A stretch of 53,103 bases of DNA, from positions 1 through 53,103 of the forward strand of contig DASYEX010000027.1 of the NCBI GenBank assembly GCA_036498765.1. The letters run 5' to 3'. This DNA comes from Polyangia bacterium (GTDB taxonomy: Bacteria > Myxococcota_A > Polyangia > Fen-1088). Positions 28,863-37,871 of the stretch are shown one piece after another. The stretch's first letter is position 1, and the number at the start of each line of letters is the position of its first letter. The notes under the pieces are model-generated. The model was not told the origin of the DNA and searched no databases. It saw nothing but the letters and a program-made list of their open reading frames with translations. Made by a program: the position numbers and the translations under genes.

Positions 28863-30359
28863 ATGTCGGGCGTTCGTTTGCTCACGCGAATCGGGGCGGT
28901 GATCTTGCTTTGTCACGGCGTGGCGGGGGCCGCGACGCGCCGATTGGCCCAGGCGCCGGATCCGGCGGGTAAGATCACCCAGCTGAACCGCGACGCGCTC
29001 GGCGCCATCGACAAGCGCGAGTTCGAGAAGGCGCGCGAGATCCTCAAGAAGGCGCTCGAGCTGTGCGAGACGTCGGGCCTGGCGCAGCATGCGGTGGCGG
29101 CCCGCACCCACGTCCACATGGGCGTGGTGATCATCGAAGGGTTCAAGAACCGCGAGCTCGGCGAGAAACAGTTCGCCGCGGCGCTGGCGATCGAGCCCGG
29201 GATCGCGATGACGCCGGCGTTGGCGACGCCGGAGATCAACGAGGCGTTCGACGAGGCGAAAGAGACCGCCAAGAACGGCGCTACGCCGGGCGGGGAGGCC
29301 TCGGGCGGCGACGCCGTGGCCGCGGCGCCGGACAGCCGTCCTGCGGCGGCGCCGGCGCGCGCCGGCGCCGGCAGCGGTGGCTTCACGTATCACACCGTCA
29401 GCGAGGTCAAGCAGGGGAACGCGATCCGGGTGACGGTCAACGTCGACGAGAACCTCAAGTTTCACAAGGTCGTTCTCGCCTACCGGCCACAGGGGACCTC
29501 GGAGTTCCTGGGGCGGGCGATGGATCCAGTCGGCCCCGGCGCCTACAGCGCCGAGATCCCCGACCACGCGACGACCGGCTCGTCGGTCGCCTACTACATC
29601 GAGGCCGATGACGACGACGGGCAGCCGGTCGCCAACCGCGGGACCGAAGAGCGGCCGCTGGTGATCCAGCTCGGGGGCGCGTCGCACCCCACGGAGCGCG
29701 CGCACGCCGCGGTCGCCGAGAAGAAGGGGGACGGCGACGGCGACGACGACAGCACGACCGTACGCGAGGAAGGGGAGGCCGAAGAGACGAGCCATCCCTG
29801 GTTCGTGGGCGTGCTGGTGGGGAGCGGCGTCGGCTACACCTCGGGCAACGGCGAGACCAACGCCAACCTCCCGGTGTCGGGAGCCTTCGCGGCCACCTCG
29901 CTCGGCCATGTCGCGCCGGAGATCGGCTACTGGGTGCGCCCGGACCTGCTGCTGTCACTGCAGGGCCGTATTCAGGTGGTGAGCGGCCCGACCGAGCTCG
30001 TCGACCCCATGAACACCACCCACGTCTACCAGCCGGCGGGCTGGGCGCTGGCCGCGTTCGCCAAGGCGTCGATGTTCTTCGGCTCGGGCGACTTGCGACC
30101 GTTCATCTCGGGCGGACTCGGCGCCGGGCAGATCCGCCACGTCGTGACGTTCGGCGCTTACACGGACTGCGGCGCCGCCCGCAACCAGACCTGCGTCGAT
30201 TCCGTCGTCGCCGGTCCGGCGCTGGCCGAGGCGGGCGCCGGCCTTCTCTACACGATCACGCCGACGTTCGGCCTCGAGGCTGGAACCAACATGCAGATCG
30301 CCGAGCCCAAGTTCACGTTCAACATCGACTTCAACGGCGGCGTGGCGGTGAGCTTCTAG
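28863..30359 (+). CDS. secreted TPR-like / Ig-like / C-terminal beta-barrel protein
   Basis: Signal GAVILLCHGVAGA. TPR-like REFEKAREILKKALELCE. Beta-sandwich-like middle. Acidic linker. C-terminal strands ending GGVAVSF. Confidence 0.65.
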   Translation: MSGVRLLTRIGAVILLCHGVAGAATRRLAQAPDPAGKITQLNRDALGAIDKREFEKAREILKKALELCETSGLAQHAVAARTHVHMGVVIIEGFKNRELGEKQFAAALAIEPGIAMTPALATPEINEAFDEAKETAKNGATPGGEASGGDAVAAAPDSRPAAAPARAGAGSGGFTYHTVSEVKQGNAIRVTVNVDENLKFHKVVLAYRPQGTSEFLGRAMDPVGPGAYSAEIPDHATTGSSVAYYIEADDDDGQPVANRGTEERPLVIQLGGASHPTERAHAAVAEKKGDGDGDDDSTTVREEGEAEETSHPWFVGVLVGSGVGYTSGNGETNANLPVSGAFAATSLGHVAPEIGYWVRPDLLLSLQGRIQVVSGPTELVDPMNTTHVYQPAGWALAAFAKASMFFGSGDLRPFISGGLGAGQIRHVVTFGAYTDCGAARNQTCVDSVVAGPALAEAGAGLLYTITPTFGLEAGTNMQIAEPKFTFNIDFNGGVAVSF

Positions 30360-30361
30360 CC

Positions 30362-31294
30362 ATGGCGCGCCTGGCGAAGATCATCGGCATCGCGCTGGCG
30401 GCCGCGGGCTGCATCACACCCGACGGCTACTACCGCCCCGATGGCGGCGGAACGGGGGCCGGAGGTGCGCCGGCGCAAGGGGGATCGTCCGGCGCGGCCG
30501 GAGCGGGCGGCGCGGCGACCGGGAGCGGCGGCGCGGTGACCGGGACCGGCGGCTCCGCAATCGGGACCGGGGGGAGCGCCACCGGCGGCAAGGGGGGCAC
30601 GGGCGCGCTCGGCGGAACGACCGGAACGGGGGGCACCGTGGTCGCCGGCACCGGCGGCAGCGTGACGACGACGGGTGGAGCCGGGGCGAGCGGCTGCAAG
30701 GCCATGATACCCCTCCCCTACACCGAAGACTTCGAGACGTACCCCGTCAACATGGCGCCGCCGAAGAACTGGCTGTTCGATACCGCCGACGCCGACAGCA
30801 CCAAGGGGTCGTTCATGGTCGTCAGCGACGGTGGCAGCAACGTGCTTCAGGGAACAGCGAGCAGCAGCACCTTTGTGGCGGAGATCGGCGGCGACCAATG
30901 CTGGACCGACTACACCTTCCAGGTCGATATCAAGTTCATCTCCGGGTCGAGCGAGGAGTTCGGCGTCTGGGGCCGTTTCAGCATCGACAGCAGCAAAGAC
31001 GAGGGGGACTACTACACGGCTTACATGGACGACAGCGGGGCGGTGCAGCTGCGCTCTCGACTGAGCGGCAGCAGCACGACGCTGGGGAGCAAGAGCAAGT
31101 CCACAAACGGCGGTCCGGTGGCGGGGACGGTCTACACCTTCGTGCTCGACCTGCACGGCGGCACGCTCTCGGTCTCCGTCAACGGGACGCCGCGGGTGAG
31201 CATGGTAACGGACGCGACGTTCACCACCGGGGCCATCGGCCTCGCCGTCAGCGACGCGACGGTCGAGTTCGACAACGTCAAGGTTACGCAGTAA
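30362..31294 (+). CDS. lipoprotein with long Gly/Thr linker and concanavalin-A-like (LamG / DUF1080-like) domain
   Basis: Lipobox IALAAAGC. About 90 aa of GTGG-type repeats. C-terminal domain YTFQVDIKF...YTAYMDDSGAVQL...TGAIGLAVSDATVEFDNVKV. Confidence 0.7.
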   Translation: MARLAKIIGIALAAAGCITPDGYYRPDGGGTGAGGAPAQGGSSGAAGAGGAATGSGGAVTGTGGSAIGTGGSATGGKGGTGALGGTTGTGGTVVAGTGGSVTTTGGAGASGCKAMIPLPYTEDFETYPVNMAPPKNWLFDTADADSTKGSFMVVSDGGSNVLQGTASSSTFVAEIGGDQCWTDYTFQVDIKFISGSSEEFGVWGRFSIDSSKDEGDYYTAYMDDSGAVQLRSRLSGSSTTLGSKSKSTNGGPVAGTVYTFVLDLHGGTLSVSVNGTPRVSMVTDATFTTGAIGLAVSDATVEFDNVKVTQ

Positions 31295-31313
31295 CGATCG
31301 AGCGCACGCGCCC

Positions 31314-32750
31314 GTGAAGACCGCCGTAAAACCCGCCGCAAAGCCATTCCTGGACGACGATTTCCTGCTCGACTCGCCGACGGCCGTGGACCTCTACCAC
31401 GGCGTCGCGGCCAAGCAGCCGATCCTCGACTACCACTGCCACCTGTCGCCGCAGCAGGTGGCCGACGACCACCGCTTCCGGTCGATCACGGAGATCTGGC
31501 TGGAGGGCGACCACTACAAGTGGCGGGCCATGCGCGCCGACGGCGTGCCCGAGCGGGCCATCACCGGCGCGGCCAGCGACTGGGAGAAGTTCGAGGCCTG
31601 GGCCAGGACCGTCCCCCACACGCTGCGCAACCCGCTCTACCACTGGACCCACCTCGAGCTGCGCTTCCCGTTCGGGGTGCGCGGCAAGCTGCTCGGTCCC
31701 GACACCGCGCGCGAGATCTTCGATCACTGTAACCGCAAGCTGGCCGAGGACGGATTCACCACCCAGGGGCTCCTGCGCCAGTTCGACGTGCGCGTGGTCT
31801 GCAGCACCGACGATCCAGTCGACGATCTGGCGCCGCACGCGCGCCACGCCAAGCGCGCCGGGGCCTTCACCAAGCTCTACCCGACCTGGCGGCCCGACAA
31901 GGCGCTGGCGCTGCAGGACCTGGCCGGCTGGAACGCCTGGCTGGACGCGCTCGGCGCGGCCGTCCGCGGCCCGGTGGGGACACTCGACGAGCTGCGCGAC
32001 GCGCTCGCCAAGCGCCACGACGCGTTCCACGCCGCCGGTTGCCGCGCCTCGGACCATGGCCTCGAGCGGCTCTACGTCGCCGACTACACCGAGCGCGAGG
32101 TGGCCGCCACGTTCGTCAAGGCGCGGGCCGGCCAGGCCCCCAGCGCCGACGAGACCGAGAAGCTACGCGCCGCGCTGCTCTACGACCTGGCCGTGATGGA
32201 CCACCGCCGCGGGTGGGTGCAGCAGTTTCACCTGGGCGCGCTGCGCGATACCAGCGCGCGCGGGATGGCGGCGCTCGGCCCCAACACCGGCTACGACGCC
32301 ATCGCCGACTTCCCGCAGGCCGTCGCGCTGGCGGGCTTCCTCGACCGGCTCGACGCCGCCGGGCAGCTGGCCAAGACCATCGTCTACAACCTCAACCCCG
32401 CCGACAACGAGGCCTTCGCCACCGTCGTCGGCAGCTTCAACGACGGCAGCGCGCCCGGCAAGATGCAGCTCGGCAGCGCCTGGTGGTTCCTCGACCAGCT
32501 CGACGGCATGCGCAAGCAGATCGACGCGCTCTCGAACCTGGGGCTGCTCGCGCGCTTCGTCGGCATGCTGACCGACTCGCGCAGCTTCCTGTCGTTCTCG
32601 CGCCACGAGTACTTCCGGCGTCTGCTCTGCAACATGCTCGGCGAGGACGTCGAGCGGGGTTTGCTCCCGAACGACCGCCTGCTGCTGGCGTCGCTCGTGG
32701 AGGACGTCTGCTTCCGCAACGCCCGGGACTACTTCCAGTTCGCGGTGTGA
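31314..32750 (+). CDS. uxaC: glucuronate/galacturonate isomerase
   Basis: FLLDSPTAVDLYH...PILDYHCHLSPQQVADDHRFRSITEIWLEGDHYKWRAMRADGV is near-canonical UxaC. Length 478 aa. Confidence 0.95.
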   Translation: MKTAVKPAAKPFLDDDFLLDSPTAVDLYHGVAAKQPILDYHCHLSPQQVADDHRFRSITEIWLEGDHYKWRAMRADGVPERAITGAASDWEKFEAWARTVPHTLRNPLYHWTHLELRFPFGVRGKLLGPDTAREIFDHCNRKLAEDGFTTQGLLRQFDVRVVCSTDDPVDDLAPHARHAKRAGAFTKLYPTWRPDKALALQDLAGWNAWLDALGAAVRGPVGTLDELRDALAKRHDAFHAAGCRASDHGLERLYVADYTEREVAATFVKARAGQAPSADETEKLRAALLYDLAVMDHRRGWVQQFHLGALRDTSARGMAALGPNTGYDAIADFPQAVALAGFLDRLDAAGQLAKTIVYNLNPADNEAFATVVGSFNDGSAPGKMQLGSAWWFLDQLDGMRKQIDALSNLGLLARFVGMLTDSRSFLSFSRHEYFRRLLCNMLGEDVERGLLPNDRLLLASLVEDVCFRNARDYFQFAV

Positions 32751-32983
32751 GATTCGGGGCGGCACGCGCCCTGACGGTCCTATCGGCGTCTGACTCTTGG
32801 CGAAGGCGGCTCAAGAGCGCCGGAGCCGTATCCGCGCGTCCGACGAGCGCCATCGTGCGGGCGGCCGGGTGGTTCGGGGCGCGAGCTTCGGCTCCGCACG
32901 AAACTTGAGTTGAGCGCCTCGGAGCCCGGTCAGGCGGCGGTGAACCGAGGGGGCGCGAGCGGGTGCGAAGCGGAAGGCGCCGC

Positions 32984-34171
32984 CTAGGGCACGTTGATCA
33001 TCGGGCAGCCGAAGATGATCTGCACGTTGCCGGCGCCGGCCGCCTCGATCTGGTTGCACCAATCGCCGAACACCTCGACGGCGGTGTCGTTGACGTCGGT
33101 GTAGGCCCACCCGTTGGTCCGCGAGCTGTCGTACGGAATCTTGGTCATGCCGGCGCCCAAGTAGACGCCCAGCTTGGTGTCGTCGTTCAGCACGGGCGGC
33201 GGCGGGTTGAGCGGGAAAAGACAGGTCGAGATCTGGCCGGTGATCGCCTGTAGCTCCGAGACCAGCGCGTCGGCGTCGTCGGCCACGTAGTAGTGGCTGG
33301 CCAGGGGGTTCGCGCTGGGGATTTGTTCGCCGCCGGCCGCCGCCAGCTCGTCGAGGTTCGTGTTGGAGCTGTCCTTGTCGGTCGCGATCCCCACGACGAA
33401 GGTCGGAAAGCCCGCGCCGAGCGCCTTGCCCACCGCGGCGACCGCATTTGCGGTGGACACGGTGTACGGGCTCGATTCCTTCGAAGTTCCGATGCAGGTC
33501 GGCTCGCCGTCGGTGGCGAGCAGGAGGTACTTCGGGTTGCTGTCGGTCAGCTTCGCCAGGTAGGCCGCCGCCTGCGTGATGGCGTCGGCGGTGGGCGTCC
33601 CCTTGCCGAGGGGCTGCATCGCGGTGATCGCCGTGTTCATCGGGGTGGCGTTCATCATCGCCACGTTGACGTCGATCGCGCTGGTCACGCCGCCCCCGCA
33701 GTCGTTCATCGAGTCGGTGTAGGCCTCCGGGAAGGACTTCATCCCCCAGGAGATCGAGCTGTCGGTGGCGCTCACCACCTTCTCCAGCGAGGGGACGACG
33801 ATCTGCCACTTGGTGAGCCCCGTGGTCGAGCCCTTGGGCACGTCGATCATCGAGCCGGAGCGGTCGAGCACCATCATGATGTCCGCCGCCTTGGGCGTCG
33901 GGGCGAACTGCTGCAGGCCGCAGTTGTTCCCGGCGTCGCTGACCGGTCCGACGTCGCCGCCGCCGCCGCCGCTGCCGGTCAGGAGGCCCCCACCGCCGCT
34001 GCCAGTCACGTGGCTGCCGCCGGTGCCGGTCGCGCCCCCGGTACCCGTTCCGGTACCCGTGGCGCCGCTGCCACCTTCGCCCGCGGCGCTCTGTACGGGC
34101 TTGGCCCCGGCGCAGCCGATGGCTACCGGCAGGGCGACGAGCAAGGGAATGAGCGCAGAGACGTTCTTCAT
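32984..34171 (-). CDS. von Willebrand factor A domain lipoprotein
   Basis: ATG (complement 34169-34171) after GGAGG. Lipobox LPVAIGC. Gly/Thr linker. MIDAS DRSGSM. LLATDGEPTC. Confidence 0.85.
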   Translation of the reverse strand: MKNVSALIPLLVALPVAIGCAGAKPVQSAAGEGGSGATGTGTGTGGATGTGGSHVTGSGGGGLLTGSGGGGGDVGPVSDAGNNCGLQQFAPTPKAADIMMVLDRSGSMIDVPKGSTTGLTKWQIVVPSLEKVVSATDSSISWGMKSFPEAYTDSMNDCGGGVTSAIDVNVAMMNATPMNTAITAMQPLGKGTPTADAITQAAAYLAKLTDSNPKYLLLATDGEPTCIGTSKESSPYTVSTANAVAAVGKALGAGFPTFVVGIATDKDSSNTNLDELAAAGGEQIPSANPLASHYYVADDADALVSELQAITGQISTCLFPLNPPPPVLNDDTKLGVYLGAGMTKIPYDSSRTNGWAYTDVNDTAVEVFGDWCNQIEAAGAGNVQIIFGCPMINVP

Positions 34172-34436
34172 CGGAGACCTCCCACGGGGCCGCGCCAGCA
34201 CCCCCAGGCAACCGGCGCGGCCCCGCAGAATTACCGGCTCGTGACCGAGCCAACCTCGAGCCGCTCCCGACGGGGCCGATGGAGCGGCGAATCCTTTGCC
34301 CCTTTGAGTGTCCGCACCCCGACGGCGCAGCTCAGGGCGCGGCTCGGGGAGCGCGGGCGAACATCGAAAATCTCCGCGCCCCGGGCCCCGCCTGAGCCGT
34401 CGGGCCGGCCGGCGGGCACCCGTGACAGGGGGCGAT

Positions 34437-35105
34437 CTAGCGCTGCCGGGCCGCCTGCACCGCGGCCAGGAGCTCGCGCGCCCGCTCGGTGATGACGGCG
34501 TCGCGCCCCTCGGCCAGGGCCTGGGCGTCGACCAGCTCGGAGCCGACGCCGATGGCGGAGGCGCCGGCCTTGAGGTACTCGGCCACGTTGGCGGCGTTGA
34601 TGCCGCCCGTCGGCAGGAGCTTCACGTCGGGCAACGGTCCGCGCAGCGCGCGCAGGTAAGGCGCGCCGCCCACGGCCGAAACCGGGAAGATCTTCACCAG
34701 GTCGGCGCCGTGGTTCCAGGCGGCGAGCACCTCGGTCGGCGTGAGCGCGCCCGGCATCGCGGGGACGCCGCGCGCGTGGGCTTCGGTCACGGTGTCGGGA
34801 TCGAAGCCGGGACTGACGATGAACGCGGCGCAGGCGTCGACGCACTGGTGCGCGGCCGCCGCATTGAGGACCGTGCCGGCGCCGATGACGGCCCGATCGC
34901 CGAGATCCTTCACCAGCGCGCGGATGACCGCGGGGGCGTCGGGGACGGTCATGGTGATCTCGAAGACCGAGATGCCGCCGGCCAGGATGGCGCGGGCGGC
35001 GCGGGCGGCCAGCTCGGGCGTCGCCGCGCGGATGACGGGGACGATCCCCACCGCTTCGATTCGCCGGACGACCTCGGCGCGAGCGGTGTGCTCGGTCCGG
35101 CTCAT
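34437..35105 (-). CDS. eda: 2-dehydro-3-deoxyphosphogluconate (KDPG) / 4-hydroxy-2-oxoglutarate aldolase
   Basis: ATG (35103-35105) overlaps the kdgK stop (ATGA). GIVPVIR, EITMTVP, GAGTVL, VSPG, DLVKIFP (Schiff-base Lys), LPTGGI. Confidence 0.9.
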   Translation of the reverse strand: MSRTEHTARAEVVRRIEAVGIVPVIRAATPELAARAARAILAGGISVFEITMTVPDAPAVIRALVKDLGDRAVIGAGTVLNAAAAHQCVDACAAFIVSPGFDPDTVTEAHARGVPAMPGALTPTEVLAAWNHGADLVKIFPVSAVGGAPYLRALRGPLPDVKLLPTGGINAANVAEYLKAGASAIGVGSELVDAQALAEGRDAVITERARELLAAVQAARQR

Positions 35106-36196
35106 CGGTCGATCCGCGCGCTCGGCGCCTCCATGGCGCGCAGCACCTCGGCGAGCGTCGCCATGGTGGTGTCGCCCGGGGTCGACATGGCCAGCGCGCC
35201 GTGGGCGACGCCGCAGCGGAGCGCCCACTCGGGGTCCTTGCCCGCGAGGAGGCCGTGGATGAACCCGGAGGCAAAGGAGTCGCCGCCGCCCACCCGGTCG
35301 AGGAGCTCGACGTCGCGCTGCGGGACCTCGAAGAATTGGCCGTTGGCGAAGGCGATGGCGCCCCAGCCGTTCACGCTGGCCGAGCGTGAGGTGCGCAGCG
35401 TCGTGGCCACCGCCTTGAGGTTCGGGTAAGCGCGGGTCACCTCGCCGAGCATCGAGCGGAAGCCGGCGGTCGGCAGCTCGCGGTAGCGCGGGTCGACGCC
35501 CGGCGGGTCGAACCCCAGCGCGGCGGTGAAGTCCTCCTCGTTGCCGAACAGGACGTCGACGAACGGCATGAGCGACCGGTTCACCTCGCGCGCGCGCTGC
35601 TGGCCGCCCACCGCCCGCCAGAGTGAGTCGCGGTAGTTGAGATCGTACGAGACGCAGGCGCCGCTGCCGCGCGCCTCCTCCATCGCCGCGCGCGCGACCG
35701 CCGGCGTCCCGTCGGCGAGGCCGCAGAAGATCCCGCCGGTGTGGAACCAGCGGACGCCGCCGGCGAAGAGCGCGCGCCAATCGACGTCGCCCGGTTGCAT
35801 CTGCGACACGGCGGTCTGCCCGCGATCGGAGCAGCCGACGGCGCCGCGCGGCCCGAACCCGCGCTCGGTGAAGTTGAGCCCGTTGCGCGCCGCCCGCCCC
35901 ACGCCGTCGTACGGCACCCAGCGCAGGTAGCTGAGGTCGACGCCCCCTTGCAGCATCAGGTCCTCGACCAGCCGCCCGACCGGGTTGTCGCAGAGCGCGG
36001 TCACGATCGCCGTCCGGTGTCCGAAGCAGCGCCGCAGCCCGCGCGCCACGTTGTACTCGCCGCCCCCCTCCCAGGCGGCAAAAGTGCGCGTCGTGTGCAC
36101 GCGCCCTTCGCCCGGATCGAGGCGCAGCATCACCTCGCCCAGGCTCACCTCGTCGAAGCGGCAGGCCGCCGCCGGCTTGATGTGAAGCTCGCTCAT
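35102..36196 (-). CDS. kdgK: PfkB-family sugar kinase, 2-dehydro-3-deoxygluconokinase-like
   Basis: GGGEYNVARGL, DRVGGGDSFASGFIHGLL (PfkB signature 2). Coupled to eda. Confidence 0.88.
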   Translation of the reverse strand: MSELHIKPAAACRFDEVSLGEVMLRLDPGEGRVHTTRTFAAWEGGGEYNVARGLRRCFGHRTAIVTALCDNPVGRLVEDLMLQGGVDLSYLRWVPYDGVGRAARNGLNFTERGFGPRGAVGCSDRGQTAVSQMQPGDVDWRALFAGGVRWFHTGGIFCGLADGTPAVARAAMEEARGSGACVSYDLNYRDSLWRAVGGQQRAREVNRSLMPFVDVLFGNEEDFTAALGFDPPGVDPRYRELPTAGFRSMLGEVTRAYPNLKAVATTLRTSRSASVNGWGAIAFANGQFFEVPQRDVELLDRVGGGDSFASGFIHGLLAGKDPEWALRCGVAHGALAMSTPGDTTMATLAEVLRAMEAPSARIDR

Positions 36197-36260
36197 CGAC
36201 CGGCGAGCATGCGACGCCGGCGCGCCCTACACAAGCGCCGCGGCGCCGGCGCCGTTGGTC

Positions 36261-37871
36261 CTAAAAGACGTAGACGGCCTGGCCCATGCCGCGGATGTTG
36301 TGCGGCTTCTCGGTCGACGAGTCGGAGAACTGCGGCTGGGGCAGGTAGTAGACCTGCGTATATTGCCCCGAGATGCCGAATCGGATCGACGGCGTGGCGT
36401 CGAAGAAGAGGTTGGCGTCGGCGTAGATCGAGGTGTCGGCGATGGTCTGGAGCAGGCCCTCCTCTCGGCCGCCCGCCGGGAAGAGATCCTTCAGGTTGTT
36501 GGAGTGCGCGTAGGTGTAGTTGGCCGCGAACAACATCCGGCCGTCGAAGATCGGCAGGTAGTACTGCAGGCCGACCCGGTAGGCGTACCAGTCGATGGTG
36601 TGCGCGAGCTGGGTCGACACGTCGAAGGTCACCAGGCCCGGGTCGATGTCCGGCGTGTAGAGGGGAGGCGGCGACTGCTGCATGGAGTTCGGGAGGGTCG
36701 GGAACCCGGCGCCGCCGCCGGTGGTCAGGAGGTCGGCGATGCCGGTGCCGGTGACGAACGACCCGGTCAGCGTGAGCTTGTTCTTGCGGTCGTTGCCGTC
36801 GGTGGCTGGAAGGACCGGCACGAGCGCGTCGATCGAGACGCCCCAGCCGCGGACGGTGTTCGACTTCTGGGTGGGGGGCGGCGCGAACGCGTCCAGCTTG
36901 AACTGGCGGCCGATCGCCGAGACGCCCAGCGAAAGCGGGGCGGCGATGGTCCGCACGTTGCCCGGCGTGGTGATCCCCTTCCAGTGGTTGGCGCTGATCC
37001 GAACGCCGGCCTCGAGGTCGGGGATCTCCGAGTCGCGTTGCGGTGGGCGGTTGGCCGAGGCGGCGACGTCGAGGCTGACCGGGCCGTCGGCGCCGAAGGT
37101 GCGCGAGAGGCGGAGCTGGGTGTTGCGCGAGAAGACCATGTTCGGCAGGCCGAGGAACTCGACGGAGGCTGGGAAGAAGTAGTTCTGCCAGCCGAATACG
37201 TCGTAGGTTTGCCCGGCCAGGAAATCGACGAAGCCCCCGTCCAGCTTCAGGTAGGCGTGGCGGATGCGGAAGACCGGGCTGTCGTAGAAGCTGTTCTCCG
37301 AGCCGGTCGGCGGGCTCGTCTCGTGGCCGAAGAAGTCGCCCTCGACGATGGCCGATGGATGGAGGCCGGAGATCACCGGCGCCTGGAAGGCGAACCCGAG
37401 GCGGGTGTTGCGCATGGAGAACTGCGTCCGACCGACCGTCCCCGCGTAGGTGTCGTCGCGCGCCACGATCTCGTTGCCGATCGAGTCGTTGTAGCTGCGC
37501 GTGGTGTCGTAGATGTAGTCGGCCTCGACGAAGCCGTAGAAGGTGAGCGACCAGCGCCGCTCCTCGGGACCGACGCTGAAGGTGAAGGGCGGGCGATCGA
37601 ACCAGGAGCCACTCGCCGGATTGACGCCCGGGGCGGGCACCGACGGCGCGGGGACGGCGGGCATGACCGCGGCGGGCGGCGGCGCCGCGGGTGGCGCGGG
37701 CGGTGCCTCGGCGGGGGGGGGCTCCGGGGCAGCAGGCGGCGGCGCCGGCGCCGGCGTCGGCTCTTGGGCGTGAGCGGGGCGCGGGGCGGCGACCAGACTC
37801 AGCGCGACGGCTGCGAGCGCCAGGGAGGACTTTCCAACGGACTTTCTATCGATCATCAGTGAGGACCTCAT
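36261..37871 (-). CDS. large outer-membrane porin with Pro/Ala-rich N-terminal extension
   Basis: Signal LALAAVALSLVAAPRPAHA. About 50 aa of PAPAPPPAAPEPPP. Long amphipathic strand region. C-terminal QAVYVF. ATG overlaps the exuT stop (ATGA at 37868-37871). Confidence 0.75.
   Translation of the reverse strand: MRSSLMIDRKSVGKSSLALAAVALSLVAAPRPAHAQEPTPAPAPPPAAPEPPPAEAPPAPPAAPPPAAVMPAVPAPSVPAPGVNPASGSWFDRPPFTFSVGPEERRWSLTFYGFVEADYIYDTTRSYNDSIGNEIVARDDTYAGTVGRTQFSMRNTRLGFAFQAPVISGLHPSAIVEGDFFGHETSPPTGSENSFYDSPVFRIRHAYLKLDGGFVDFLAGQTYDVFGWQNYFFPASVEFLGLPNMVFSRNTQLRLSRTFGADGPVSLDVAASANRPPQRDSEIPDLEAGVRISANHWKGITTPGNVRTIAAPLSLGVSAIGRQFKLDAFAPPPTQKSNTVRGWGVSIDALVPVLPATDGNDRKNKLTLTGSFVTGTGIADLLTTGGGAGFPTLPNSMQQSPPPLYTPDIDPGLVTFDVSTQLAHTIDWYAYRVGLQYYLPIFDGRMLFAANYTYAHSNNLKDLFPAGGREEGLLQTIADTSIYADANLFFDATPSIRFGISGQYTQVYYLPQPQFSDSSTEKPHNIRGMGQAVYVF

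Noticed and set aside
28794-29909. 371-aa minus ORF, and other shadows in the ECF operon (26526..27740, 27211..28827, 27667..28353)
   Set aside because: They are antisense or off-frame relative to genes that have signal peptides, a FecR core and OMP-type C-termini. Their compositions are Arg/Gly/Pro-rich.
30420-30705. Repetitive GGC/ACC/GGN DNA that at first looked like a tandem-repeat or CRISPR-like array; the same applies to Pro-codon repeats at 44280..44620 and 37640..37790
   Set aside because: There is no regular repeat-spacer structure. These are low-complexity coding regions (Gly/Thr linker, Pro-rich spacers) inside well-supported ORFs.
32751-32983. 233-bp convergent intergenic region scanned for tRNA/sRNA and terminators (contains ggttcgggg and a gagc-ttcg-gctc mini-hairpin)
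   Set aside because: There is no acceptor-stem/T-arm geometry for a tRNA. The hairpins are short (4-6 bp) and unconvincing. Nothing here can be supported from sequence alone.
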